DNA of 64,000 nt from Verrucomicrobiota bacterium (GTDB taxonomy: Bacteria; Verrucomicrobiota; Verrucomicrobiia; Verrucomicrobiales; V1-33). Under the pieces are notes generated by a model. That model had not been told where the DNA came from. It saw nothing but the letters and a program-made list of their open reading frames with translations, and did not search any database. The position numbers and the translations under genes were made by a program. Each line of letters begins with the position of its first letter. The first letter of the stretch is position 1. Below are positions 27,783-36,678 of the stretch, one piece after another. Where the stretch lies: contig JBDKER010000004.1 in assembly GCA_039795165.1 (NCBI GenBank), forward strand, positions 48,234 to 112,233, in the 5' to 3' direction.

Positions 27783-29144
27783 ATGAGCCACCACGTTGCG
27801 GTTTCACATCTCCCTGCCGATGGCGAACGGCTCCAGACGGGCCGGTTCGCTCAGTGGAAGACTATCCTCCTGGGTGCCGGCGCTGCCGGCCTCGCGGTCT
27901 CTCTGATCCTCTTCCTGCTCGGAGGAGAACGGGCGAATTCGTTCGCCTTCAGCTACCTCTTTGCCTTCGAAGTCTTCTTCACGGTGACCGCAGGTTCGCT
28001 GTTCTGGATCCTCCTCCACAGCGCTTCCAATTCCTCATGGGGAGTCGCCATCCGCCGGATCCCGGAAACACTCGCGCAGTCATTCGTTCTCCTCTTCCTC
28101 CTCGGACTTCCGCTCTTCACTCCCCTCTTCCCGCTGGCCGCCAAGCCGGAATGGACCCGCCACGTCTGGGAATGGATCGGCCTGCACCAGGACGTGCTCG
28201 CCCACCCAACCCCGGAAACGAAAGGGCTTTCCCTGCACGATGCCCTTGGCGCAAATCACGACACGCTCCTGCTCTACAAGAAGTTTCCCTACCTTCATAT
28301 CGGCTGGAACTTCCTCCCTGGCTGGGACTACCGCTACCTGATCTTCTTCGGCGTTCTCTTCTTCCTCGCCCGGAAAATGCTCGGCTATTCGATCAGCCAG
28401 GACGCCACCGGCGACGTCAAACCAACGTACAGCGCCCGCCGCTTCGCCAGCGGTGGCATGGTCCTCTTCGCAGTCTGCTCGACCTTCGCGTCCATCGACT
28501 GGGTCAAGAGCATGAACTACAAGTGGTTCTCAACGATGTTCGGGGTCAATGTGTTCGCAGGCTCGGCACTGGCCGCCATGGCTGTCACCATCCTCGTGGT
28601 GGGCACCCTCGTGAAAACTGGACACCTCCGCCACATCGTTTCGGAGGAACACTTCCACCTCATGGGTAAACTCATGTTCGCCTTCACGGTCTTCTGGGCC
28701 TATATCGCCTTCAGCCAGTTCTTCCTCATCTGGTACGCCAACATTCCGGAAGAAACTCAGTTCTACGGAATCCGGAACACCAACGGATGGTGGTACGCCA
28801 GCCTCGGCCTCGTCTTCCTCCACTTTGCCGTCCCCTTCGTCCTCCTGCTCCGCCGTAACGCCAAACGCGACATCGGCTTCATCATGGGATGCGCCGCCTT
28901 CATCCTCGGGGTCCACATGCTCGAAATGTACTGGATGATCGTTCCCGAACGCGGTCGTGCCCTCTACGATGCCAGTTCAGCGACTGATTCCGCCACTTGG
29001 CTCCGTGACGTCGCCTTCGACCTGATTGCCCTCGTCACTTTCGCCGGACTCTACGGATTCACGCTCCTGCGGAACCTCGCGAAGCACAGCATCTATCCCT
29101 GCGGCGATCCCCGCCTCGAGGAATCCATCAACGTGGCCAACTGA
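27783..29144 (+). CDS. actF: Alternative complex III subunit ActF (second NrfD-like membrane subunit)
   Basis: The polytopic 453-aa protein follows actE. Confidence 0.8.
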   Translation: MSHHVAVSHLPADGERLQTGRFAQWKTILLGAGAAGLAVSLILFLLGGERANSFAFSYLFAFEVFFTVTAGSLFWILLHSASNSSWGVAIRRIPETLAQSFVLLFLLGLPLFTPLFPLAAKPEWTRHVWEWIGLHQDVLAHPTPETKGLSLHDALGANHDTLLLYKKFPYLHIGWNFLPGWDYRYLIFFGVLFFLARKMLGYSISQDATGDVKPTYSARRFASGGMVLFAVCSTFASIDWVKSMNYKWFSTMFGVNVFAGSALAAMAVTILVVGTLVKTGHLRHIVSEEHFHLMGKLMFAFTVFWAYIAFSQFFLIWYANIPEETQFYGIRNTNGWWYASLGLVFLHFAVPFVLLLRRNAKRDIGFIMGCAAFILGVHMLEMYWMIVPERGRALYDASSATDSATWLRDVAFDLIALVTFAGLYGFTLLRNLAKHSIYPCGDPRLEESINVAN

Positions 29145-29170
29145 ACCAAACGGCTCATCTTCTCCTTCCC

Positions 29171-29572
29171 ATGCAAGATCATTCCGGAGATACCCTCGGC
29201 AACCGCTTCCTCACCTTCTGGGGAGCCCTCGCCGCCATTGCCGCGGTCGCCGTGTTGCTCGCTCTCTACCGCTGGTGGGCCCTCCCATCGGACAGCGCTT
29301 CGTCCGATGGCGGAGCCGGAGCCGCCCGCGCTACCATCGCGGCTACCGTTCATTCCGAACAACGCAAGGAATATAGCACCGCTGCGGAAGTCGAAGCCGG
29401 AAAGAGCGTCCGCCTCCCGGCCGACGCGCTGATCTCTTACGCCGCCGCTGTCCTCAAGACCCAGAAGCCCGTGCCCGGTCCTCTGAAAACCCCAGAGGCC
29501 ACCGCCCGCGAGGCTGAGGAGAAGTCGAAAACCGAGCACGATCCCAACCTTTCCAAGTTCGAAGGCAAGTAA
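29171..29572 (+). CDS. Hypothetical single-pass membrane protein (possible accessory ACIII subunit)
   Basis: It has one TM helix (FLTFWGALAAIAAVAVLLALYRWW) and a charged C-terminal tail. It is tightly packed between actF and the CcoN-like gene. I recognised no family motif. Confidence 0.5.
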   Translation: MQDHSGDTLGNRFLTFWGALAAIAAVAVLLALYRWWALPSDSASSDGGAGAARATIAATVHSEQRKEYSTAAEVEAGKSVRLPADALISYAAAVLKTQKPVPGPLKTPEATAREAEEKSKTEHDPNLSKFEGK

Positions 29573-29604
29573 CCGCAACCCGGAACGTCCCGCTTTTTCC
29601 GCCC

Positions 29605-31092
29605 ATGAGTCAGGAAACACCATCCCTGCCCCCCGGAGTCACCCCGGAGGATATCGAGCAGCGCGCCGCCATCGACCGCTCCACTCGCTTCCCGGTTCTC
29701 TTCTTTTTCACCAGCGGAGCCGCATGGCTGCTGGTGGCCACGCTGCTCGGTCTCCTCGCCGCGCTGAAATTCGTCGCCACCGGAGCCTTCAAGTTCGAGG
29801 TGCTCAACCTCGCACGCGTGCAACCCGCTTTCGTCAACGCCCTCGTCTACGGCTGGGCCTTCCAGGCGGGCATCGGAGTCATGATCTGGATCATGGCCCG
29901 ACTCTGCCGCACGGAACTCCGCAACCCCGTCACGCTGATCGTTGCCGGGCATTTCTGGAACCTTGGCGTTACCCTTGGGATCGCTGGCATCCTCGGCGGT
30001 CAGGGCAACCTGCACATGAAGATGATGGAGTTCCCGCCGCTCGTCTGGCCCCTTCTCCTCATCGCCTACACGCTCATCGTGGTCTGGTTGGTCATCATGT
30101 TCGCCGCACGCCGGCGTCAGGAGACCTACGTCTCCCAATGGTACATCCTCGCAGCCTGCTTCACCTGGCCATGGATCTACCTCGTTGCCAACGTACTCCT
30201 CAACGTCTTCAAGAAGGCCGGTGTCGCTGGCCCGGTGGTCGCCTCGTGGTACTCCAGCGGTGTCACCTTCCTCTGGATGGTTCCCGTCGGACTCGCGAGC
30301 GCCTACTTCATCATCCCGAAAATCACCGGAAAGCCGATCCATAGCTACAATCTCAGCAGCTTCGCTTTCTGGTCGCTCATCGTGCTCGCCCCATGGGCCG
30401 GCGCGCAGGAACTCATCGGCGGCCCTGTCCCCGTCTGGATTCCGGCAGTCGCAGGAACGGCTCAGATTCTTCTGCTGATCCCCATGCTCGCCGTCTGCGT
30501 AAATCACTTCAGAACGGTGAGCGGATCGCATGAACTAGTCGCTGTCAGCCCGAGCCTCCGCTTCACGTTCATGGGCGCTGTCGGTTACGTCTGTCTCTGC
30601 CTCGCGGCTGCCATTCTTGGATCCATGACCCTGAGCCGATTCACCTTCCTAAGCTTCACGCAGGATGCGGTCTTCCTCACCGGAACCTACATGTTTTTCA
30701 GCATGGCCATGTTCGGAGCCATCTACTTCATCGTGCCACGCATCACGGGCTGTGAATGGATCAGCGGTGCCCGCATCCGTCTCCACTTCTGGCTGTCTGC
30801 CTATGCCTGCATCGGGCTTTGCCTGCTGCTTCTCGTGGCTGGCTTCTCGCACGGTGCGGCCATCGATACATGGGATACTTCCTTCGAGTCCGCCGTAACC
30901 TTCTCCAGCGGCTACCTCGTGGGAAGAATTCTCCTCTGGCTCTTCCTGCTCGTGGCCAACGTTGTCTTCCTGCACCACCTCGCCCTCATGGTAATGAACC
31001 GGGGACGCAAGGCGGGCGACCCAACCCTGATCGCACCCACGCCGTACGACACCGCCGACATTGTCATCACCACCGAAGGAGCCGAGGCATGA
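29605..31092 (+). CDS. CcoN-like (cbb3 oxidase subunit I homologue) membrane protein lacking the canonical heme/CuB histidine ligands
   Basis: Shared blocks with CcoN are SWY, AYFIIPK..KPIHSYNLS..FW.LI...WAG, FGAIYFIVPR and RLHFWL. There is no His at the ligand positions (F76, S218, Q268/E269, T361/M363). Confidence 0.8.
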   Translation: MSQETPSLPPGVTPEDIEQRAAIDRSTRFPVLFFFTSGAAWLLVATLLGLLAALKFVATGAFKFEVLNLARVQPAFVNALVYGWAFQAGIGVMIWIMARLCRTELRNPVTLIVAGHFWNLGVTLGIAGILGGQGNLHMKMMEFPPLVWPLLLIAYTLIVVWLVIMFAARRRQETYVSQWYILAACFTWPWIYLVANVLLNVFKKAGVAGPVVASWYSSGVTFLWMVPVGLASAYFIIPKITGKPIHSYNLSSFAFWSLIVLAPWAGAQELIGGPVPVWIPAVAGTAQILLLIPMLAVCVNHFRTVSGSHELVAVSPSLRFTFMGAVGYVCLCLAAAILGSMTLSRFTFLSFTQDAVFLTGTYMFFSMAMFGAIYFIVPRITGCEWISGARIRLHFWLSAYACIGLCLLLLVAGFSHGAAIDTWDTSFESAVTFSSGYLVGRILLWLFLLVANVVFLHHLALMVMNRGRKAGDPTLIAPTPYDTADIVITTEGAEA

Positions 31093-31850
31093 ACAGTCTG
31101 AAATCATTCATTCTCACCATGGGAGCCTGCGTTGGCGTTCCCACCCTTGTCATGGCCGTCCTGCCCTACGGCAAGGAACGCAACCGCCAGGCGGTCGCCT
31201 ACCAATCGCTCCCGGACCCCGCCAATCCAGCTGCCCCTCCCAAGGATCCCGAAGAACTCAAAGGCCTCTACTACCCCACCAACTACGCCGGCGACCGGAA
31301 GCGCGGTGAAATGGTCTACGCCCACGAAGGCTGTGCCCAATGCCACACCCAGGTTGTCCGGCCCGACTACGCAGGCATCGACCAGTTCAAGAAGGGATTC
31401 GGACGCGAACAGGAATACGCCAAAGAAGTTCCCGTGGCGGTCCGGCAAACCCATCCGTGGGATTACATGCACGAGGATTTCGCCATGATCGGTGTCCGCC
31501 GCGTGGGTCCGGATCTTGCCAATGCTGCGTACCGTTACCTCGACAAGGATGGCCGTCCTGACCCCGTAAAGGTCAATGCTCTCTACCAGCACTTCTATTC
31601 CCCCCGCTCCCTCCGCGGCTGGTCCAACAGTCCATCCTTCAAGCATCTCTTCCGCACCGTCCGCAAGGAAAAGCCGGAAGGACGTGGCGATGCTCTCCAG
31701 CTTCCCGCAAACATCGCTCCGGATGACGGATACGAAATCATTCCAACCGACGAAGCCAAGGCCCTCGTGGAATATATCCTCGGGCTAAAGCGCGACGCCC
31801 CGCTCCCTTCCGCCATCACCGGCATCGTCCCGCAGCCGGGTGCTCAGTGA
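31089..31850 (+). CDS. CcoO-like monoheme cytochrome c (cbb3 oxidase subunit II homologue)
   Basis: It overlaps the upstream gene by ATGA. It has an N-terminal TM helix, the motif YAHEGCAQCHTQVVRP, and VRRVGPDLANA. Confidence 0.8.
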   Translation: MNSLKSFILTMGACVGVPTLVMAVLPYGKERNRQAVAYQSLPDPANPAAPPKDPEELKGLYYPTNYAGDRKRGEMVYAHEGCAQCHTQVVRPDYAGIDQFKKGFGREQEYAKEVPVAVRQTHPWDYMHEDFAMIGVRRVGPDLANAAYRYLDKDGRPDPVKVNALYQHFYSPRSLRGWSNSPSFKHLFRTVRKEKPEGRGDALQLPANIAPDDGYEIIPTDEAKALVEYILGLKRDAPLPSAITGIVPQPGAQ

Positions 31851-31874
31851 CCGACCGTTTTTCCAGCTTTTCCC

Positions 31875-32651
31875 ATGGCCTCCTCTCCTGACAACATCGA
31901 CTACGACCGCACGGTGAACGTGGCCGGACTCCACGCGGCGGCCGCCCGCGAACGCTCCGCTACCCCCATCGGAACTACCCCGGTCTCTCTCTGGGTCGTC
32001 CTTGCCACCGGCGTCGTCACCATCCTCGCCGGAGGCTACCTCGGCCGCAATACCGGTTCGGACCTCGGAGCCGCCAACCTCAACGGCTACAACTATACCC
32101 TCCAGTACCCGGAAGGAGCCGGAGGAGGTGGCACCGCCATGAGCGATGAAGAACTCCGCGAGGACGCCAACTGGCTCGCAGCCGGCAAGGCCGTCTACAC
32201 CGGTGCTGGCAACTGCGTCGGTTGCCACCAGGCCAGTGGCGAAGGCGTCGCCGGCCAGTTTCCTCCGCTCAAGGCGTCGGATTGGGTCACCGGAAGCGAT
32301 AAGCGCCTCGTCGCCATCCTGCTCTACGGCATCGGTGGTTCCTTCACAGTCAACGGGAAGACCTACAACGGCCAGATGCCCGCCCAGGGGACAGCCCTCA
32401 ACAACAAGCAAATCGCTCAGGTCGCCTCCTACATCCGCAACGACTGGGGTAACAAGGCATCCCTCATCTACGACGACCAGGTCGCCGCCGTGAAAAAGGA
32501 AATCGTCCGCCAGGCTTCATGGACGCAGACGGACCTCGAAGCCGCCATTCCCGCCGACGCGGTCTGCCCTGTCTCGGAATGGCCTGCCAAAATCTCAGCC
32601 GCCGCCGGTGGAGCCGCCGCCACACCTGCTCCGGCACCCGCCAAGAACTGA
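31875..32651 (+). CDS. Membrane-anchored class-I monoheme cytochrome c
   Basis: It has a TM helix (VSLWVVLATGVVTILAGGYL), GNCVGCHQ...FPPL...YNGQMP...IAQVASYIRNDWGN, and an Ala/Pro-rich tail. Confidence 0.8.
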   Translation: MASSPDNIDYDRTVNVAGLHAAAARERSATPIGTTPVSLWVVLATGVVTILAGGYLGRNTGSDLGAANLNGYNYTLQYPEGAGGGGTAMSDEELREDANWLAAGKAVYTGAGNCVGCHQASGEGVAGQFPPLKASDWVTGSDKRLVAILLYGIGGSFTVNGKTYNGQMPAQGTALNNKQIAQVASYIRNDWGNKASLIYDDQVAAVKKEIVRQASWTQTDLEAAIPADAVCPVSEWPAKISAAAGGAAATPAPAPAKN

Positions 32652-32711
32652 CTTTTCTGATCCGCGAACCGCTCCGCAAACCTCCCGCTGAAACCCGAAC
32701 TTCCCAATCCC

Positions 32712-34589
32712 ATGGCTGCCACCGCCGATCACACCCACGACCACGCTGCGCACGGGCACGACCACGATCACCACGATCATCACGACCCGGGCTTCATCAA
32801 GAAGTACATCTTCTCGACGGACCACAAGATGATCGGCGTCCAGTACGGCATCTCCGGTCTCCTCTTCCTCGCCTTCGGATTCATGCTCATGCTGGTCATG
32901 CGCTGGAGCATCGCGCATCCCGGTGAGCCGCTGCCGGGCGGACTCCGCTGGATCCTTCACATCTTCGGTGATGACTTCGTCACCCGCTGGGCCCCCGATG
33001 GCAAGGTCTCGGGCTCCCTCTACAACATGTTCGGTGCCATGCACGGCACCATCATGGTGTTCTTCGGTGTCGTGCCCCTCGGCTTCGCTGCCTTCGTGAA
33101 TTTCGTCATGCCTCTCCAGATCGGTGCTCCCGACATGGCCTTCCCCAGACTGAATATGTGGAGCTACTGGCTCTTCTTCATCAGCGGGGTCTTCATGATG
33201 GCCAGCTTCCTCCTCCCCACCGGAGCCGCCCAGGCTGGCTGGACCAACTACTCACCGCTCGCCGCCGTCGTGCAGCGGAATACCGATGCCCGCTTCTGGA
33301 CCGGTCAGACCCAGTGGCTCTTCGCCATGGTCTTCAATATCTCCGCGTCCCTCCTCGGCTCGGTAAACGTCCTCACCACCGTCATCAACCTCCGCGCCAA
33401 GGGCCTCACATGGATGCGCCTCCCGTTCTTCACATGGGCAATGTTCGTGATCGGCTTCCTCCTGCTCCTCGCCTTCCCGCCTCTCGAAGTTGCCGCTCTC
33501 ATGCAGCTGAGCGACCAGGTTTTCCAGTCGAGCTTCTTCCTGCCGACCGGTCTATGGACGAGCGAAGCCGGCATTCTTGACATTTCCGGCGGCGGCCACC
33601 CGGTTCTCTTCCAGCACCTTTTCTGGTTCCTCGCCCACCCCGAAGTCTACGTCCTGCTCCTTCCGGGGATCGCAATCGTCGCAGAGATCATTCCCTGCAA
33701 CACCCGGAAGCCGCTCTGGGGTTACAAGTCCATGGTCTATGCCTTGCTGACCCTCGCCTTCCTCAGCTTCATCGTCTGGGCTCACCACATGTACCTAACC
33801 GGCATGGGCACGGTCGTCGCCACGTTCTTCCAGTTCACCACGGTGATGATCTCGGTCCCGTCCGTTATCCTTCTTACCTGCCTCATGCTCTCCCTCTGGG
33901 GTGGATCAATCCGATTCCCGGTGCCCATGCTGTTCGCCACCGCCTTCCTGCCCATGTTCGGTATCGGCGGTCTCACTGGTCTCCCCCTCGCCTTCAGCTT
34001 CATTGACCTCTACCTCCACGACACCTACTACGTCATCGCCCACTTCCACTACGTGGTCGCTCCCGGTGTCATCTTTGCCCTCTTTGCGGGTGTCTATCAC
34101 TGGTATCCGAAGGTGACCGGCCGCATGATGAATTCCTTCCTCGGTCACCTGCACTTCTGGCCCTCCCTCATCATGATGAATGTCCTCTTCGCCCCGATGT
34201 TCATTCAGGGGATGGCGGGATTCCACCGCCGCTGGTACGATGGCGGCAAGGTCTTCGAAATCACCAGCCACAAGTACTTCTACCTGAATGAGATCATCTC
34301 ATGGGGCGCATGGGGCCTCGGTCTGGCCCAGATCCCCTTCATCATCAATTTCTTCCTCTCAGCCAAAGCCGGCCGCAAGGTGACGTCGGACAACCCGTGG
34401 AACGCCACAACGCTTGAATGGTCGGCTCCAACCCCACCGCCGCACGGCAACTTCCTGACCGAACCGGTCGTCTACCGCGGTCCCTACGAGTACAGCGTCC
34501 CCGGGGCTGACAAGGACTACAGCCCGCAGTGGGAACCTGTCACGGCGAAGGAGGCCGAGGAAACTGCCAAGGTGGCAGTCCCGCACTGA
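32712..34589 (+). CDS. ctaD: aa3-type cytochrome c oxidase subunit I
   Basis: All canonical ligand motifs are present: FGAMHGTIMVFF, WFLAHPEVYVLLLPG, VWAHHMY and VIAHFHYV. The N-terminal extension is His-rich. Confidence 0.95.
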   Translation: MAATADHTHDHAAHGHDHDHHDHHDPGFIKKYIFSTDHKMIGVQYGISGLLFLAFGFMLMLVMRWSIAHPGEPLPGGLRWILHIFGDDFVTRWAPDGKVSGSLYNMFGAMHGTIMVFFGVVPLGFAAFVNFVMPLQIGAPDMAFPRLNMWSYWLFFISGVFMMASFLLPTGAAQAGWTNYSPLAAVVQRNTDARFWTGQTQWLFAMVFNISASLLGSVNVLTTVINLRAKGLTWMRLPFFTWAMFVIGFLLLLAFPPLEVAALMQLSDQVFQSSFFLPTGLWTSEAGILDISGGGHPVLFQHLFWFLAHPEVYVLLLPGIAIVAEIIPCNTRKPLWGYKSMVYALLTLAFLSFIVWAHHMYLTGMGTVVATFFQFTTVMISVPSVILLTCLMLSLWGGSIRFPVPMLFATAFLPMFGIGGLTGLPLAFSFIDLYLHDTYYVIAHFHYVVAPGVIFALFAGVYHWYPKVTGRMMNSFLGHLHFWPSLIMMNVLFAPMFIQGMAGFHRRWYDGGKVFEITSHKYFYLNEIISWGAWGLGLAQIPFIINFFLSAKAGRKVTSDNPWNATTLEWSAPTPPPHGNFLTEPVVYRGPYEYSVPGADKDYSPQWEPVTAKEAEETAKVAVPH

Positions 34590-34622
34590 GCGTGCCACCA
34601 GCAATCCACGAATTCCTTTCCG

Positions 34623-36074
34623 ATGGAGATCCCTTACACCGTAAATGCACGGCCCGATACCGGCCTCTACAATGCCAAAGTCGGTATCTGGCTGTTCCTC
34701 GCCTCCGAAGTCATGCTCTTCGGCGGATTGTTCTCTTCCTACGTCTTCCTGCGAATCGGGGCCGACTTCCCATGGCCATTCCATGAACTGAAAGTCAGGC
34801 CTGGCTTCATCAACACAATGGTGCTCATCGCATCGTCCGTGTCGGTGGTGGCCGCATGGGCGGCCGTGAAGGCGCGCCGCTTCGGATGGTTCCAGTTCAA
34901 CATGATCTTCACGCTCCTCTGCGCGCTGGGATTCATGGGAATCAAGGGCTACGAGTACTACCACAAGTTCATCCACTACTCGTTCGAATTCACGGACGGG
35001 TCGGTCATCAATGGCCACCCGGTTCACACCGACGAAAAGAACCATGGGGACCGCATTGTCTTCGACGAGGTAAAGTCGATCGTCCTCGATCTCCGGAACA
35101 GCAATCTCGACTTCCTCAGCCAGCGGCGGGAAGCCAAGGGAGATCTTCCCTACGCCGCTCCGTCGACCGCTGATCTCAAGTTCAAGACGCCCAGCGGCAA
35201 GGAAATCACTCTCACGAAACAGTGGCTCAAAACCGCCAAGCGCCAGTGGATGGATGCCGCCACGGACCTCTCCCGCAAGGTCACCGCACTTGAACTCGAA
35301 AAGGCCGCCGCCAAAGGCAACGAAGAAGCCCTTTCAGCCATTGGTGTCCGCCTCGATGCCGTGAACAAGGAGGCCATCGACAAAGCCAAGGCTGATGACC
35401 TCACGCAGTCGCTCAAACTGGAGGTCGTCGGGAATCCCCTCCTTTTCCTCGTGAAGGAAGGAATGCTGGCCCGCTACGGTCAGGCCGAGATGAGTTTCAA
35501 GGATTCCACCGTCCTCCAGGGTAAACTGGTCACCGACTCCATCGAGTTCAACGCCGACCTCATCGACCTCCGCAAGAACAAGGATCCGGAAAAGGCTCTC
35601 GTCTGGAAGTACTATCCGGATCTCAAGGACGATTTCCTCCGTCACCGCGATGAAAGGACGGAATCCTTCAAGAAGCGCTACCCGAAAAGGGCCGGTACGG
35701 CCGACGGCGATCCTGACAACCTCCGGGAATCCCTCCGCTTCGAATTCGAGGAAACCCTTCCCAAGGACCTTGCCCACAGTCTGCTGCATGACCGGGAGAA
35801 GACCGTCAGTCTCCCCCGCAGCGAAAAACGGTTCTACTCGAACTTCACTCCAGCCCTCAGCCCGTACTACGCCATCTACTTCCTGATGACTGGTCTGCAC
35901 GGCCTCCACGTTATCGGCGGTGCCATCGTGCTCGGCTGGTTCCTCATCACAGGAAAGAAAATGTACCGCGAAAATCCGGAACACCTCGCCAACCGCGTGG
36001 AAGTAGGCGGCCTCTTCTGGCACTTGGTCGACCTTGTGTGGATCTTCCTCTTCCCGCTCTACTACCTCATGTAA
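34623..36074 (+). CDS. ctaE: Cytochrome c oxidase subunit III with a large internal soluble insertion
   Basis: The N-terminal part is WLFLASEVMLFGGLFSSY...GIKGYEYYHKF. The C-terminal part is YFLMTGLHGLHVIGG...GLFWHLVDLVWIFLFPLYYL. They are separated by about 280 hydrophilic residues. Confidence 0.85.
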   Translation: MEIPYTVNARPDTGLYNAKVGIWLFLASEVMLFGGLFSSYVFLRIGADFPWPFHELKVRPGFINTMVLIASSVSVVAAWAAVKARRFGWFQFNMIFTLLCALGFMGIKGYEYYHKFIHYSFEFTDGSVINGHPVHTDEKNHGDRIVFDEVKSIVLDLRNSNLDFLSQRREAKGDLPYAAPSTADLKFKTPSGKEITLTKQWLKTAKRQWMDAATDLSRKVTALELEKAAAKGNEEALSAIGVRLDAVNKEAIDKAKADDLTQSLKLEVVGNPLLFLVKEGMLARYGQAEMSFKDSTVLQGKLVTDSIEFNADLIDLRKNKDPEKALVWKYYPDLKDDFLRHRDERTESFKKRYPKRAGTADGDPDNLRESLRFEFEETLPKDLAHSLLHDREKTVSLPRSEKRFYSNFTPALSPYYAIYFLMTGLHGLHVIGGAIVLGWFLITGKKMYRENPEHLANRVEVGGLFWHLVDLVWIFLFPLYYLM

Positions 36075-36084
36075 GCTCACTGCC

Positions 36085-36441
36085 ATGGATTCCTCCCACG
36101 AAACCCATCCGGCGCACGACGCCCCCGATCATCCGATCGATTTCGGCAAGGCCATCAAGACCTACCTCAAGGTCGGAGCCACCCTGATCGTCTTCACGTT
36201 CATCACCGTCTTCGTCGCCTACAAGGTCGACCTCGGAGATATCCATCTGAACATCGCTCTCGGCCTGCTCATCGCAGCATTCAAGGTTTCGCTGGTCGCG
36301 CTCATCTTCATGCACCTCAACCATGAACGGGGGCTGATCTACAAGACGCTCCTGTTCACGATGATCTTCTTCGCTGCCATGATGTTCCTCTTCTGTCTGG
36401 CTTACAGCGACCCGATCCATAATTCCTTTCTGCAGCCCTGA
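36085..36441 (+). CDS. Prokaryotic cytochrome c oxidase subunit IV (COX4_pro-like)
   Basis: The ATG at 36085 starts a protein with the pattern YLKVGATLIVFTFITVF...LIAAFKVSLVALIFMHLNHE typical of bacterial subunit IV / CyoD-like proteins. Confidence 0.75.
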   Translation: MDSSHETHPAHDAPDHPIDFGKAIKTYLKVGATLIVFTFITVFVAYKVDLGDIHLNIALGLLIAAFKVSLVALIFMHLNHERGLIYKTLLFTMIFFAAMMFLFCLAYSDPIHNSFLQP

Positions 36442-36454
36442 ACCGATTGCAGCC

Positions 36455-36658
36455 ATGTCCCTCAAAACCTTCCACGTCTTTTTTCTCGTGCTGGCGATTC
36501 TCTTCGACCTCGGGATGCTGGCGTACGCGTATCTCGGAGAGAACAGCGTCACCGAGGAACTGAGGGCCTATGGAGTCGGCTTCGGTGTCATCGCTGCCGT
36601 CCTCATCGCCTATACCATCTGGTACGTCCGCAAGAAGGCCCCCACCATCATCGTCTGA
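36455..36658 (+). CDS. Small two-helix membrane protein (hypothetical)
   Basis: The 67-aa protein has two hydrophobic helices and GC3-rich codons. It is packed 13 nt after the subunit IV gene. Confidence 0.45.
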   Translation: MSLKTFHVFFLVLAILFDLGMLAYAYLGENSVTEELRAYGVGFGVIAAVLIAYTIWYVRKKAPTIIV

Positions 36659-36678
36659 ATCCGGACCCCCCCTCAATC

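Noticed and set aside
34582-34597. TGGCACG-CTCA-GTGCG on the minus strand between ctaD and ctaE
   Set aside because: The -24 element is good, but the site points antisense into ctaD inside a tightly packed operon. A single such hit is within chance expectation for 128 kb of two-strand sequence.
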